Below are positions 1 through 13,059 of a DNA stretch of 64,000 nt, piece by piece (positions within the stretch are counted from its first letter, which is position 1; every line of letters starts with the position of its first letter). The notes below the pieces were generated by a model. That model was not told the origin of the DNA. It did not search any database and worked only from the letters and a program-made list of their open reading frames with translations. The translations under genes and the position numbers were made by a program. Source of the DNA: Octopus sinensis (lineage: Eukaryota); NCBI RefSeq assembly GCF_006345805.1, contig NC_043004.1, positions 14,942,001-15,006,000 of the forward strand. The letters run 5' to 3'.

Positions 1-59
1 TACCCATCAAGACTACCCGTCTGATAAGGGTACACGAGGTACATACATCACAATCACAG

Positions 60-210
60 CTATTTCGAGGAAGTGATTATGTCGACTACATTGACCTAAG
101 TACTTATTTTATCGATCAGGGCAGAAATTGAACTCAGAACGTAAAGAGGGACGAAATGCCGCTGTGCATATTTGCCATGCGTGTTACCTATTCTATTAGC
201 TCGCCATTTT
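60..210 (-). mobile_element. Degenerate SINE family B copy (tRNA-like head plus central domain)
   Basis: The reverse complement reads ggcgagcta...gcggcatttcgtccctctttacgttctgagttcaa...tcgataaaataagtac, matching the better-preserved copies at 37528, 47365 and 60150. Confidence 0.7.
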
Positions 211-1357
211 AATAATAATCATAACAATACAAATTGATATTTATCAATGATATCTAACTGATAGGGAACTGCGTTCTTGGAGTTTGTACATTGTGGTATT
301 TGAGGGAGAGGAAATACGTGTATAATGCTTTATAGCACACACGCCGTTGTAAGATATATTCTATTACATCTCCTTACTTTAGAAAGTCGTTTGTCGTGCG
401 GAGAATGTGTAACGTACATAATACTACTTTATTGGATACTGATTTTGTTGTTCATAATTGGAAAGATTTGCAGTATAGCAATGGAAGTCGCTTGTTCAGA
501 CTTTATTATTGCTGTTATTTGTTGCCGTTGTTGTTGTTTTTGTCGCTGATGTTTTTGTTTTGTTGAAATGTTATTTTTCTTGTTCTCTGTTATTAGTGGC
601 GAGCTGTTGTTGTTCTTATTACTATTCGATGTTTAAGCGGTCGTACATCATTGTCAGAACTCCCTTAACATATTATTTTAAGAGAATAACCTAACGGATA
701 TAAATTATGTTTCGTTCCACTTTCACAAATAGAAGGCAGTCACACTATTTGCTCTCCCACCACATTGACTGGTGTAAAAGAAATTTTCGTCACTATATAT
801 GTTGACGTCTCTTACTCTCACCCCCCCACATGTATACACACGCAGATACACACTCACATATGTATGTATAAACGTATGTCTGTGTGTGTGCCTATAAAGT
901 CAATTCAATTTTAGAAATTATATAGATATAATTTAAAATACACATATATTTATGGTAAGTAGTTATTTGAATAGTTGTCAGTATACAAAGGCCATCTCAT
1001 ATGTAGCAATAACATGAAATTACACGTCACCAATTATTTTGAGGCACGAACATAGATTATAGATTTTATAGTGAAACCCTGTGAAATTGTAGTAGAATGG
1101 GTTTAGAATTACACAATGACAAACACAGAAACAAGAAATTAATACTAAAAGTCAAAATTTTAAATGGAAATACTCTACTTTACTATAGGAAGGCAAAAAA
1201 TATTTTTAAAATCTTCATAATTAAGTACGCTAATATGAGGACTTAATATTTTGCAAAAGTAGAGCTATACCATGGAGGTGGAAGGCGAGAAAGTACCGCC
1301 TTCGCTGACGCCTTAATTAGGAATTTGAAGGAGGAATGTGAAATACTTCTGGTGAGA

Positions 1358-1420
1358 CTCTGCAACATACATATAACGCACACAATAGAGTATTGTTCTC
1401 ATATCTGGAACTCTGCCTGA
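1358..1420 (+). mobile_element. Possible relic of the C-terminal RT region of a CR1/L2/Jockey-type LINE
   Basis: One frame gives LCNIHITHTIEYCSHIWNSA*, resembling the LYKxxIRPxLEYCSxIW motif of these LINEs. The match is short and degenerate. Confidence 0.35.
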
Positions 1421-1889
1421 CCAAAGTTGTCAGATGCACCAAGTGTGACAAGAGCTGACGATATGAATGCGTCACTTGTACCTGAATGTGGAAGACGTGA
1501 TAATAGCCAGCGCTGAGGAATTGGAGTCCTGAAAGTAGCGAGAGAGAACGAGTAGAGACAAACAAATCAAAGGATTCCCCTCTCGCTAGACTAGACAGAA
1601 GCCCCGAGCAGCACTTCCATCGGTTTTGGAGATTATATAGAAAAAGATATAGTCTGAAGACAAGAGGAAGATCGACTGCCTGTTGATTGGCCAATGCGAA
1701 GTATGTTTTAATAAAAGTGGGACTGTATCTGGATATTTGTTTCACATGAAAGTAAGTAATTAAATTTGTAAAGAATGAGCGGACGAAATGTTGTATGAAT
1801 GATGCACTAATATTCAGTCCATGTATTTTTATTTAATTTAATGAAAGAAACACTGTTACCAATTACCTGGCCTAGTGCTTATAGATCTT

Positions 1890-2230
1890 TAGAATACCCG
1901 ACAAAATGCACATTTCTCCCGTCACTTTATTTTCTGAGTTCAAAATACCACCGAAGTCAAAATCACATTTCATCCTATCGTGGACAATAAAACAAAGTAC
2001 AATGTTGGGATCCCTCAAAATTGTTGACTTTTGTAAAAATTAGAAAGGATTTTAAAGGCGGGGAGCTGGCAGAATCATTATCGGTTCGTCGGCCTCATTT
2101 CAAGCTTGGCATCATTTCTGCCGGTCCTTTAGGTTCAAAGTTCAAATTTCGAGAAAGTGAATTATACTTTATTCCATTCGGGGTCGATAAAATAGCTACC
2201 AGTTAAGCACACGAGTCGACGTAATCGACT
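1890..2230 (+). mobile_element. Two degenerate SINE family B fragments
   Basis: ttctgagttcaaa...ccgaagtcaa...tttcatcctatcg at about 1930-1980, and aaggcggggagctggcagaatc...ggggtcgataaaatagctaccagtt at 2055-2205. Confidence 0.6.
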
Positions 2231-2525
2231 TCCTCTTCCCTGGAAACATTTGACTATGCGCCAAAATGAGAAAGAGTTATTATTAAGATTGTTTCGAACT
2301 ATAAATGTGTGTGTGTGTCTGCTTGTCTGTCTTTGTGCATTCATCCATCTTTATTATATTTTGGTGTTCAATGACATGTATAGTTAAGCGAATTATATAT
2401 TTAAACATACATACACACGCGTGTGTGCGTGTGTGTGTGGTGTGTGTGTGTGTGTGTGTTTCTCGCTTAAATATGCATACGATTATACTTTAAAATATAC
2501 CTATACGCCGATTTCTTCATATGTA

Positions 2526-2596
<71 letters not shown>

Positions 2597-2670
2597 GCAT
2601 GTATGTATGTATATATATATATATGTACTTATATTTACATACGTATGTATGTATATATGTATATATATAT

Positions 2671-2703
<33 letters not shown>

Positions 2704-5447
2704 GTATGTATATATATATATATTCATACATACACTTATATGTATGATGTGCATATGTGCCTATGTGTATTGTGTGTAAGTTTATCGATTTGCTGAAGAA
2801 AGAGGAGATAGAAAGCTGTTTCCGCTGGTTAATGTAAAGAACAATAATTGTCATTCGTATCGCTTGTTTTCTTTCGAAATAGTCTGTCACTCAAAGAAAA
2901 TCAGTTCAAAGGAGACTTCTAACCATTCAAAGAATATCTTTCCCGAATACGCTTCAATGGTTTTTATTCTAATAACAATACATGGATGGAAGTTTCATAT
3001 GATGTTCCTAAGCACAATAGGATAAATATTTCTTCTACATCCCTAATATCTTGAGGCCTCCTAAGATTTCCGGATTGACCATAAAAAGTTGTGAGTACAA
3101 TTGCTAATCTATTCTACATCATACTTCCAAATTATGAAGATAAATAGTAAGTTTAGAGCTTTATTTATTAAACAATGGACGAAATGTCTATGCTGTGTTG
3201 CATTGGTTTAACTAAATATCCCTCGGCGAAGTTTTTATGCTCAACTTTCTGAATGCGTAATCATAACATTGGCAATACTTCGATTTTTCTTGTTAAACTC
3301 ATTATGCAAATATTCTGTTTCATTACTTCGTTTATTATTCTTTAAACCTATATTACTTCCATATAGCAATACATTAGTCAGAATTTTCTGACCATTATTA
3401 GCTTTTGTTGAACTTCGTTTTATATCAGAAATTTATACAAGGTTCACTGGTTTTGAAAAGTTTCGAAAATGGCAACTCCTAATAACATGTATTGTGAAGA
3501 ATCTACTTTTGAATAGGAAAGATATATAATTGAAACCTGTGAATTTAAAAGAAATATTTTTGTTGTTTTCGACGTAGCTATTTTTAGCTTCGATCACGCA
3601 GAAATTGATAAATGTATTGATTAAGGTTTTTAAGTAGGCCCCTACTTCCAAGATCTCATTGTGTAATTCATAAGCAGAATGCAGTTTGTATTAGATTTGG
3701 TCGATGATGTGCAGGCATGCGTTGAGGATTGCGTCATCAGCAGACTTTCTTGGAAGATGAGTCAGTGCGATCTCTAAAGGCATGTTTTTTCGCAGCTGCA
3801 GTCTTCGGTCAAAAAGAGAGCCATAATAAGGGCATAGTGTCTGGAATAAGGTAAAACCGTCAGTGCCAATAAGCGGCGGGTAATGAGATTGGTAGAATTT
3901 ACACTGAAGTAATATATAGAGCACTTGTGATGGGTAAGAACGATGGCGTTGTTTGGGAGATGAATTCACGGCAGAAATATGGCCAAGCTTTTTGCCGACG
4001 ATGCAATAATGATTTTTCCAGCTCGCCGCCTTTAAAATCCTTCCTAATTTTTTACACTGTTTACGAGGAGGACGAATTCACTGTTTGGGAGGTCTTGAAG
4101 ACCTAGGACTAATATTAACCATTTCTAGAATTAATTCATTAGGTAGCTAACTGCATGGCACTATCAGTTCCAGATAAACAACCATCATGCGAGATGCGTG
4201 CAGAACGAGTAACCATTTTGCACATACTCCGATCACTGCTATATTGTGTAGTTATGACAAATAGCTACTGTCGAGTGTAAAACATATCTAAATGACGGCG
4301 CGTTCCCCAGTGATCCGTTCGCTTACCCGAATGCTCACCTTTAGCAACATGGATCTAGTCTTGTTCCTTCGCCTATAGGCTCTGACAGAAGAACTTCTGT
4401 AGTGGAAGACGCTGCAAAGATGGGGTGTAGACGACTTCTTTTGAGGACAAGCTCTCATAGAATTTATGAGTTTCCACTTGAAAAGGAAAGTGAGGTTGGA
4501 GAGTGAGGTATTACTTCTCAACAGTTTTTTTCTGATGAATGTGACTTTGGTAATATCGGTTTGGATGAATACAGCTTGAGTAAGTATATGTATGTAGATT
4601 AGTGTATAAGAATTGATTGAAGTACTTGCATTTGGTGACCAGGGAGATAATGTTTTTTTTTACTTTATCAGGTTAGCGCTATTAAAAGGCTCTCTGCAAT
4701 ATCTGTGTTGAAATATATATAATTTCACCGTCTTTATATCTCCCCACACCACCACCAGGTTGTATATACAATATATCAACAGTATAATTATTATTACTTT
4801 TACAGTTAAATGCGTTGATATCTAGATAGCTACAGAGAGAAAAGAGAGGGAAAATAGATATTCAAAGATGCATGTTTAATTGTTGTAGATTATAACTTAT
4901 ATAGATTAATGTCAGCATGCTTGCTTGAGAGAAATAAAAACAGACAAAAACCACATTCTTAATGAGAATTAGATATTGACAGTTATGGCACGCACCTTAC
5001 GAAAACCGTTGTTGTTATGCATTATTAACTACCTCATATAACATATTATTAATTGATGCACTGTTTCTCGATAAAATTGTATATTTCTAAACAATTTTGC
5101 GTAATTTGCAATTAAATAATATATTGCAAAACACGACCAAGTGAACAATATTTTATATTGGACATTAAGATTATGAATTACCGCTTTGCTTGCTTTTCTT
5201 TTGCATTTATATATGATCCATTCGCTCTGAAATGTTACGAACAAAATGTCGACATGGCCCAAAGCCATTAATTTATGCTCAATTAGAAATTGCATTTATC
5301 TTTTCGTATTTGAGAAAACAGATGAGTCTTTATTTACATTTTTTTTTCCTGCTGGTTAATGAATATTTAACAAAGCTGATTTCGATGTTTACAACAAATG
5401 TTGGTTGTGTATGCCAACATGTAATCCTTGCCTTCTGCTATTGTACG

Positions 5448-5517
<70 letters not shown>

Positions 5518-5589
5518 ACACACACACATACATACATACATACATACATACATACATACATACATACATACATACATACATACATACAT

Positions 5590-6105
5590 GAGGACTATCT
5601 CTCTATGGGATATGACATTGTCGCAATAATAATACACATTAGCATTCGAAAAAAAAGATCGTCCTGTATTAGATATAGAGAATCATTCAGTTACTGAATA
5701 CGTACACAACTACCAGCATAAGGAATACTGGTGGAACAATCCCCACAAAGTATCTGACAAGTGTAGGTATAACAGGTCAGATATTATTGTTCGGGCCCTA
5801 CAAGAAAAAGTGTGTAGTGTTATAGAGGTCAGCTGTGGTGCTGATGCGAATATCCCGTTGAAAATCAACGAGAAAAAATGATAACTATGGACAACTGCTT
5901 CGAAACTTCCAGCTTCTATATCCGGATTACAAATTTACATTTATATCAATAATAATTGTTGCACTTGGTTTTGTAAGTAAATGCCTAACTGTCAGTCTGG
6001 ATAAGCTTGGATTTTCAGATAAAGAACCAACCGAGTCGCACGTTGTAAATACAATCTTTAAACGAGACGGTAAAACTATGCACGACTTTTCTCAGGTTTC
6101 TATTT
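5590..6105 (+). mobile_element. 3' part of a REL-endonuclease non-LTR retrotransposon (R2/R4/NeSL group), frameshifted
   Basis: Plus frames give EYWWNNPHKVSDKCRYNRSDIIVRALQEKVCSVIEVSCGADANIPLKINEK, then DNYGQLLRNFQLLYPDYKFTFISIIIVALGFV and TVKLCTTFLRF. This fits the RPD..E..K restriction-like endonuclease region and the C-terminus. Confidence 0.75.
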
Positions 6106-6424
6106 TATACTTAAGAAATAAGCTCAAATATACCATCGTATTCTTGAGACTGCATATGTAGAGATAGTATTACTTCTAATGAGATTGCGAAAACTGCGCT
6201 TCTCGCTTTAAAATGGATTATCAGAGAGACATATGTGAGATATTGTCGTACATTTGTTTATTTACATATCGATTGCTATGTAGTTGCACTTCAGGTTATA
6301 GTAGTTCGGCTTAATATAATCACAATTAGGGGTTAATAGTATTTTGGTTTTGTTAGTGTAAATAAGATATGAGCATGTGATTTTCTGGACAATTATGTGA
6401 AATGAAGTACATGATTTAAATTAT

Positions 6425-6468
6425 ATATATAAATATATATATACATATATATACATATATAGGTCTAC

Positions 6469-6543
<75 letters not shown>

Positions 6544-6552
6544 ATCTATCTA

Positions 6553-6621
<69 letters not shown>

Positions 6622-6650
6622 TATACATATATATACATATATAGGTCTAC

Positions 6651-6723
<73 letters not shown>

Positions 6724-6732
6724 CTCTATCTA

Positions 6733-6782
<50 letters not shown>
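6425..6782. repeat. Compound (TA)n/(CTAT)n/(CT)n microsatellite duplicated in tandem (period about 182 bp)
   Basis: The unique anchor aggtctacttatc occurs at 6461 and 6643, with the same order of simple repeats after each. Confidence 0.85.
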
Positions 6783-6960
6783 GGGAGAGTTTACGAAAAA
6801 AACAAAAGACGAAGACAGGGGGAGTACAAAACAAACAGATGTATTAGTATAACTCTCAGCAATAGAAAAAGTATTTTACGTTTCGAGCCTACGCTCTTCC
6901 ACAGAAAGATACACAGAAAAAAACAACGAGAGAAAAAAATGTGTGTACTGGCTAACGAGA
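6783..6960 (-). mobile_element. Short non-autonomous Penelope-like element (family H1), copy 1
   Basis: gggagagtttacgaaaaaaacaaaagacgaagacagg...acgtttcgagcctacgctctt...gtggctaacga recurs at 19593, 33661 and 43765. The minus strand has a hammerhead-like motif at 6871-6910. Confidence 0.6.
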
Positions 6961-8072
6961 TATAGATATATATATATCAAAAGCCCTCGATCATCCGCAC
7001 TGGGTTTTGTGTGCAGAGCAGATAAGATGTTTGTATGAATGTATACACTTGAGGGCTCGAGCGATAATGGGTTTCAGTATGTCCCTCGAACACACGACAG
7101 GCACACAAGCACGCACTCACTGTAGGACAACCACGACAGCCACAAGGAAAGTAATGAGAGAGTGGGTAGGAGAACATTGGTACTGATTGGCAGAGGGAAA
7201 CCTTAGTAAACGTGTTGTTACAAATATCGCTTGAATTCCTTCCTCTGAAATGTAGTGCAAATGCTTTAAACAACCCAGCAAACTGCAGCAGAGGTGAAGC
7301 CCACGGCTGCAGATACTACTGTCGCTGTATCCCAAACCTGGGTTTCAGTATATCTGAAGAACACTATCTTATTATCAGCTGGTGTAAGTGAAGAGATAGC
7401 GATCGACGGAGAAAGTTTGAAAATGCGTGTGGACAAGGGGAAAAGCAGGTAAGCGTCTGAAGATATTTATCAAAGAAATTCCCACTCATTTGAGGACTTG
7501 AGCATTAATGGCTGGTTGAGCTATTGAGCATATCCTGATAGATCTGGTGAAAGAGGTGAAATAAGACAAGCCACATACTCCTCTTATTAAGGAATAGATC
7601 TGCAGCAAATACATAGAAACAAAATATGATATACTTCTAGGGACTTTCCGTTACAAAGTTAACTGGAGGCTACGGAAACGGTCTAGGTCATGCCTCAACG
7701 GAAGCAGATAGTGAACACTTTACTTGGCTGAGAAAGCAATGACCCTAAAAACCATGCCTGATCTGGGTTCATTCTTGAAGATTGAAATGTTTAGTCGGTG
7801 CCAACAAAATTGAAAATTTGTTTTGCAAATGTCGTCTCCCTAGTTTGCGGGCTACTATAGACAGAGAGGGGGGAGAGAAAGAAAGAAAGAAAACAGGAAC
7901 AAAACAAACTGAAATCGTTTCAGGTATTTATATTTATCTCCATTAATAAAGAGGTTACGGGATACTGGTCAGCAGGTATGAGTCGCTTATATTGCCAAGT
8001 GCAATACTAGACTTCAAACCAATGGTAAGTTTCTGACCGGCCATAATAAAATATATACTACTTAATTACATA

Positions 8073-8440
<368 letters not shown>

Positions 8441-9073
8441 ATATATCTAGACAAGCATGTGTGTATGTATGTATGCATGTATTTTGTATTCGCACTTTTA
8501 TTCGAAGTTTACTTCCGAAAATCACGTGAGATGTTTATCAACCTCCATGTGTCTAAGAATGGATGTTTGATTCTAAATGTAATTCTCCAAGAGTAAATTG
8601 AATATGTTTGTTTTTAACGAAGTATTTTGCAACAAAATTATCTTAATACAAGAAACTTTAACTTGCACTTAAAACAACCAGTGTATATATCTTAACATAA
8701 CAACATACTTCATTGGTTTCTTGATACTATCTTAAAACATTCACAGTTTTCTCTTTTATATTCTCTCCCACTCACCTTTCTCTCACTCTCTCTTTCTGGC
8801 TTTTTTTCGCTCTTTTATCTTGCTCTGACGTTTTCATTGAAGAGAGAGTTTTTAAATCAAAATGTTTACAACACACTATAAGATTTTGGCGAAGATAAAG
8901 AGAAAAAGAGAGAGAATAACGTAGATAAACAACCAGCCCAATGACTGCAGGATGTGAGAAATAAATATTTACAACTATCACATTTTCCATTGGCATCCGA
9001 TTAAAAAGGAGTTTATATAGAAAGTTGAATCGGACAGAGTTTGAAATAGCAATTATGCCCCCAGCATTTCTTC

Positions 9074-9098
9074 ATGATGATGATGATGATGATGATCG

Positions 9099-9132
<34 letters not shown>

Positions 9133-9350
9133 TATTATTATTGTTGTTGTTGTTGTTGCTATTGTTGTTGTTGTTATTATTAGGATTGTTGTTATTATTA
9201 TTATTTTTGTTGTTGTTATTATTATTGTTGTTGTTGTTATTATTATTGTTGTTGTTGTTATTATTATTATCGTTGTTGTTGTTGTTATTATTATTGTTAT
9301 TGTTGTTTTTGTTATTATTATTATTGTTGTTGTTGTTGTTGTTGTTGTTG
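9074..9350. repeat. Compound trinucleotide microsatellite (GAT/CAT/TAT/TGT)
   Basis: Directly visible. It explains the poly-M/I/V and poly-L ORFs in the track. Confidence 0.95.
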
Positions 9351-9477
9351 TATTGTTTCCGACAGTTTCCTGCGTGTAATCTATGTGAAACTTGGTCTAC
9401 TGGGTTTTAAATAAATGACTTCGAAAATCCTTCATCTGCATTGCAGTTTGTCATGTTATTTCTAATATCACTTTGAG

Positions 9478-9800
9478 TGAAAGCACGTGGCTTAGTGCTT
9501 AGGGATATTCAGATTCCAGGGATAACGTTATGAGTTCGATTCCAGACAGCGCATTGTGTTCTTGAGCGAGAGACTTTATATCACGTTGCTTCGGTCCCCT
9601 CAGCTGGCAAAAGGCTGTACATATAATCCAAAGAGTCAACTTAGTCACATTCAGCATGTCACTCTTACCTGTTAATTATGGTAAGGATAAACAAGACCTG
9701 TCAAAGGAGTGCTCAAAACTTGCACTTTAGTTTTACGAATAGGATGTTCCATCATTGGATCAACTGGAATCCCCGTCATAGTAACCGACGGAGTTCCATA
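9478..9800 (+). mobile_element. tRNA-derived SINE (family D), degenerate
   Basis: A-box-like gtggcttagtg and B-box gagttcgattcc, followed by ttgtgttcttgagc...cacgttgct, which is shared in reverse orientation with 10800-10948 and 25190-25322. Confidence 0.65.
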
Positions 9801-9889
9801 TAATATCACTTTAGTGATATATCATTGGGTAGTGGTTATATACAAAGGCTCTGCAGAATTTGAATTGTGGTTAGTGTTACAATGTTGAT

Positions 9890-10250
9890 CGGTATTTCAT
9901 CTGCCGTTACGTTCTGAGTTCAACTTCAGCCGAGGTCGACTTTGCCTTTCGTTATTTCGGGGTCGATTAAATAAGTACCAATTAAGGCGCAGGAGTGGCT
10001 GTGTGGTAAGTAGCTTACTTACCAGCAACACGGTTCCGGAATCAGTCCCACTGCGTGGCACCTTGGCCAAGTGTCTTCTACTATAGCCTCGGACCAACCA
10101 AAGCCTTGTGAGTGAATTTGGTAGACGGAAACTGAAAGAAGCCTGTCGTATATATGTGTGTGTTTGTGTGTCTGTGTTTGTCCCCCCAACATTGTTAGCA
10201 TCCCGGGCGTAATTCTTAATAGTATTTCGTCCGTCTTTACGTTCTGAGAT
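9890..10250 (+). mobile_element. Mosaic SINE cluster: family B body, family A 5' half (from 9985), family B head fragment
   Basis: Family B text at 9890-9980, then aggcgcaggagtggctgtgtggtaag...gtccccccaaca (family A), then gttagcatcccgggcgtaattctt...ttacgttctgag (family B). Confidence 0.8.
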
Positions 10251-10254
10251 AAAA

Positions 10255-10620
10255 ACTTACCTCTACATAGTTCATACCACAACATTGTTTTCTGTAGTAT
10301 TTCACTCAAGGGGATCATTCCTAGTACGAAGATCAGTGGAGACGCATTGTCCATCTGGAAGATACCTCTCTTGATTTTCACCTCTCCTAATACTTGGTTC
10401 CCTGCTGTCAATTCCGTTCTCCATCATTTCATGCTATTCCATATAAGGCTTCTCATATCTTCCGCTACTCCATACATTTCCATTGTTTTTATTATCCAAG
10501 AGTTTGCCATCATATCATATGCTTTACGATAGTCAGGTTTGTGTGTTTTCTCTTGCAGCTCCTGATTATTAGATTATCAATTAAGAGCTGATCCTTAGGT
10601 CCACAACTCCTCCTCCTCAT
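10255..10620 (-). mobile_element. R4/Dong-clade LINE reverse transcriptase fragment (RT domains about 2-4)
   Basis: The minus strand translates to RRRSCGPKDQLLIDNLIIRSCKRKHTNL-DYRKAYDMMANSWIIKTMEMYGVAEDMRSLIWNSMK*WRTELTAGNQVLGEVKIKRGIFQMDNASPLIFVLGMIPLSEIL, i.e. decayed DYRKAYD and IFQGDSLSPLLF motifs. Confidence 0.85.
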
Positions 10621-10769
10621 TATTAGTCCCTCCCCCAAAGGTTCAGGTCTTCTGCCTTTAGTAGAAAAGCTTATAAAGACGGGAAATGGACAGAACGATT
10701 ATCATCGAAGTCAGAATGCACAGTGGTATTTAGTCTACCTCGCGCCATGCCAAGCGGGTATATTTCCCA

Positions 10770-10948
10770 TCTGAACAGGAAAGCGTCCGTCGCAGGATTA
10801 CTCATTTTCTCCATTTGAGTGGACTGGAGCAACGTGAAATGAAGTGTTTTGCTCAAGAACACAAAACGTCGGCCGGTCCAGCAATCGTAACCACAGTCTT
10901 ACGATCATGAGTCCAACATCCTGACCACTAAGCTAAGCGTCTCCACTT
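10770..10948 (-). mobile_element. tRNA-derived SINE 5' part (family D/E)
   Basis: The reverse complement begins gtggagacgcttagcttagtggtcagg...ggttacgattgctgg and continues ttgtgttcttgagcaaaacacttcatttcacgttgctccagtccac. Confidence 0.7.
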
Positions 10949-11805
10949 GTTCGCCTTTATATTCTGAGCTAAAATCCTTCTGAGGTTGATTTTGCGTTAT
11001 TATCCTTTCGGTGTTGTTATAAGTACTTCGGCGTATAATAGCAATGATTGTTATTAAAAAGGATGAGCTTGGAGAATCGTTAAAGCTTTGGTTAGGGGGC
11101 TGAACCCCATTTTTTCCATTTTATTCCAAGAAAATGTTTAAAACGAATTTATGTTTCTAGAAGTAACCATGTAAACTCATATAGATGGAGATTTCATATT
11201 ACTTATTGGAGACAGAATTTCTGACGACTGCACAGTACATTCTAGAGTTTAGACATTTGCAATGTAATTTGGAAGTTCAGTTATTCAATTTCCTCCTGCA
11301 TGCGGGAAACACCGAACCAGAAAAGATATATATATATATATATAAAAAGAGAAGGAGAGAGAGAGAGAAAGAGAGATTACTCAAAGCTTTCCATTATTTC
11401 TAACCTATTTATACGTCCCTCTTTTTTGTCTTTAAAGCAGGACAAATGACATAAGTTTTATTTTTCCTTTAGATACGTCACTGTCAAGATAAACGTGTGT
11501 TAAAAGAGTTGGCTCACATGTTGAAATGGATCTCTTCATTTGTATCTTAAAATCATTTATTCATACCGTCGTTGCTGTTGTTGTTGTTTGAGTGGTGACT
11601 GGCGGTTTAAATTACTTGAATCGTATGCATACGTTCCTTTACCTTGATGTTTTATCGGATCTGACGTAGATTGATTCAACTTAAACCTCGCCAAAGATAT
11701 ATGGAATATTGCCAGAGTTAGAAATCATCATCGGCGTCGTCGTGGTCACCATCGTCGTCATAATCATCATCATCATCATCACCATTATCATCATCATCAT
11801 CATCA

Positions 11806-11837
<32 letters not shown>

Positions 11838-12329
11838 GTCTTCATCGTCATCACATCCAGTAATTGTATTTTACGTTATTATCTTCCACATTACTATTAA
11901 TATTAATGGGAGGATCTCCGTCTCTTGCCGCAATGATTACCTAGTTGTTCGATTAACTAATTTGTTGTTCGTTGTACTAATGCATAAGTGACTGCACATT
12001 TTAACGACCCGTCTTTTACGTAATACTATCGTTATATCAGTGCATCGCAGTATTTGACAATGGCTAAACGTTATGTACTATACGTATAACCCATCTGACT
12101 GGCTTCAGTACAGTTCCCGATTCCTGAATTTCTCTCACACTAGATTGGCCGGCTCGAAGTTAAGGATAATTCCATTTGCCTGGAATAGCAAGCAGAGCAA
12201 CTGAACCTGGGGCGCAATAGTTGCTAAGGGAAATTTTTATGCATCACTCCATACAAAACCTATTAGATAATGGTTTAAAATTTTGTAATTTTTATTTCAA
12301 GTCGACCTTCCGCTGCTAAATTCCAATAA

Positions 12330-12520
12330 ATTTTAGCCTCGTAGGTACCTTTTTGGGAGCTGCATCAAGTGCACCAATTATTACAGAAATAGCTGTCACA
12401 TATCCGTTTCACAATAACCTCGTCTATTTGGCGAGGTCCTGATATTTTATGATTTTCTCAATAATTTTCATGCGCACTCATTATCATGTCGTAATGCAAC
12501 CATAATCTCATACTGATTAG
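12330..12520 (-). mobile_element. R4/Dong-like LINE REL-domain fragment (copy 3)
   Basis: The minus frame reads EKIIKYQDLAK*TRLL*NGYVTAISVIIGALDAAPK, a decayed EKxxKYQDLxxExxRLW...VPVVIGALG motif. Confidence 0.65.
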
Positions 12521-12674
12521 TTTGCTCCCTGTTATCCTCCTCCTCTTCCTCCTCCTCCTCGTCGTCGTCGTCGTCGTAATTGTTATTAATATTATTGTTG
12601 TTTTTGTTTTTGTTGTTGTTTTTATAATTATTGCTGTTATTATTATTAGCACTATTATCATCATATTCACTCAG

Positions 12675-13056
12675 GCTCGGTCTTTTTTGTTTTGGTAGAA
12701 TGTATGTGGCTAACGGGTTATTACCTGAATCCTGAGATAACTACACAATTTCAATAAGTTATAAAAATTTCAAAACATTTCAAATGAGCTTCCCTATATT
12801 TAATAGGGGAAACACCAATTATTACTGGTACAGTATTTACAGATTTCATGTTGTAAGATCCCGTAATTTCAGATTTTAAGGGGTTATAGTTTCTCATATT
12901 TTCATCTACTCTCTTCGCAATCTCGGTATGAAACAGACTCGATAGATCAATTTGTATGCAAATGCGATTTTCCTTGCCCATGATCATCATCAGAAAGCTA
13001 TTACATTCTAATTTATGAAGAACCTCATCTTTAGCTTTGGTGAGAAGTTTTCTCAA
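12675..13056 (-). mobile_element. R4/Dong-like LINE 3' end (copy 2) with a (TAA/CAA)n tail
   Basis: The ORF-track translation contains KENRICIQID...EIAKRVDE...NYNPLKSEITGSYNMKSVNTVPVIIG. A trinucleotide tract at 12530-12665 follows in element orientation. Confidence 0.7.
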
Positions 13057-13059
13057 TTA

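Noticed and set aside
2421-2890. ORF-track proteins rich in YI/IY, HT/CV, SI/YL or homopolymeric L/I/V/T (here and throughout the window)
   Set aside because: These are translations of (TA)n, (CA)n, (CTAT)n and trinucleotide microsatellites, with no real coding signal.
4345-4580. In-frame TGA at about 4504 as selenocysteine or readthrough
   Set aside because: The same frame has further stops upstream, and no selenoprotein similarity or SECIS was recognised.
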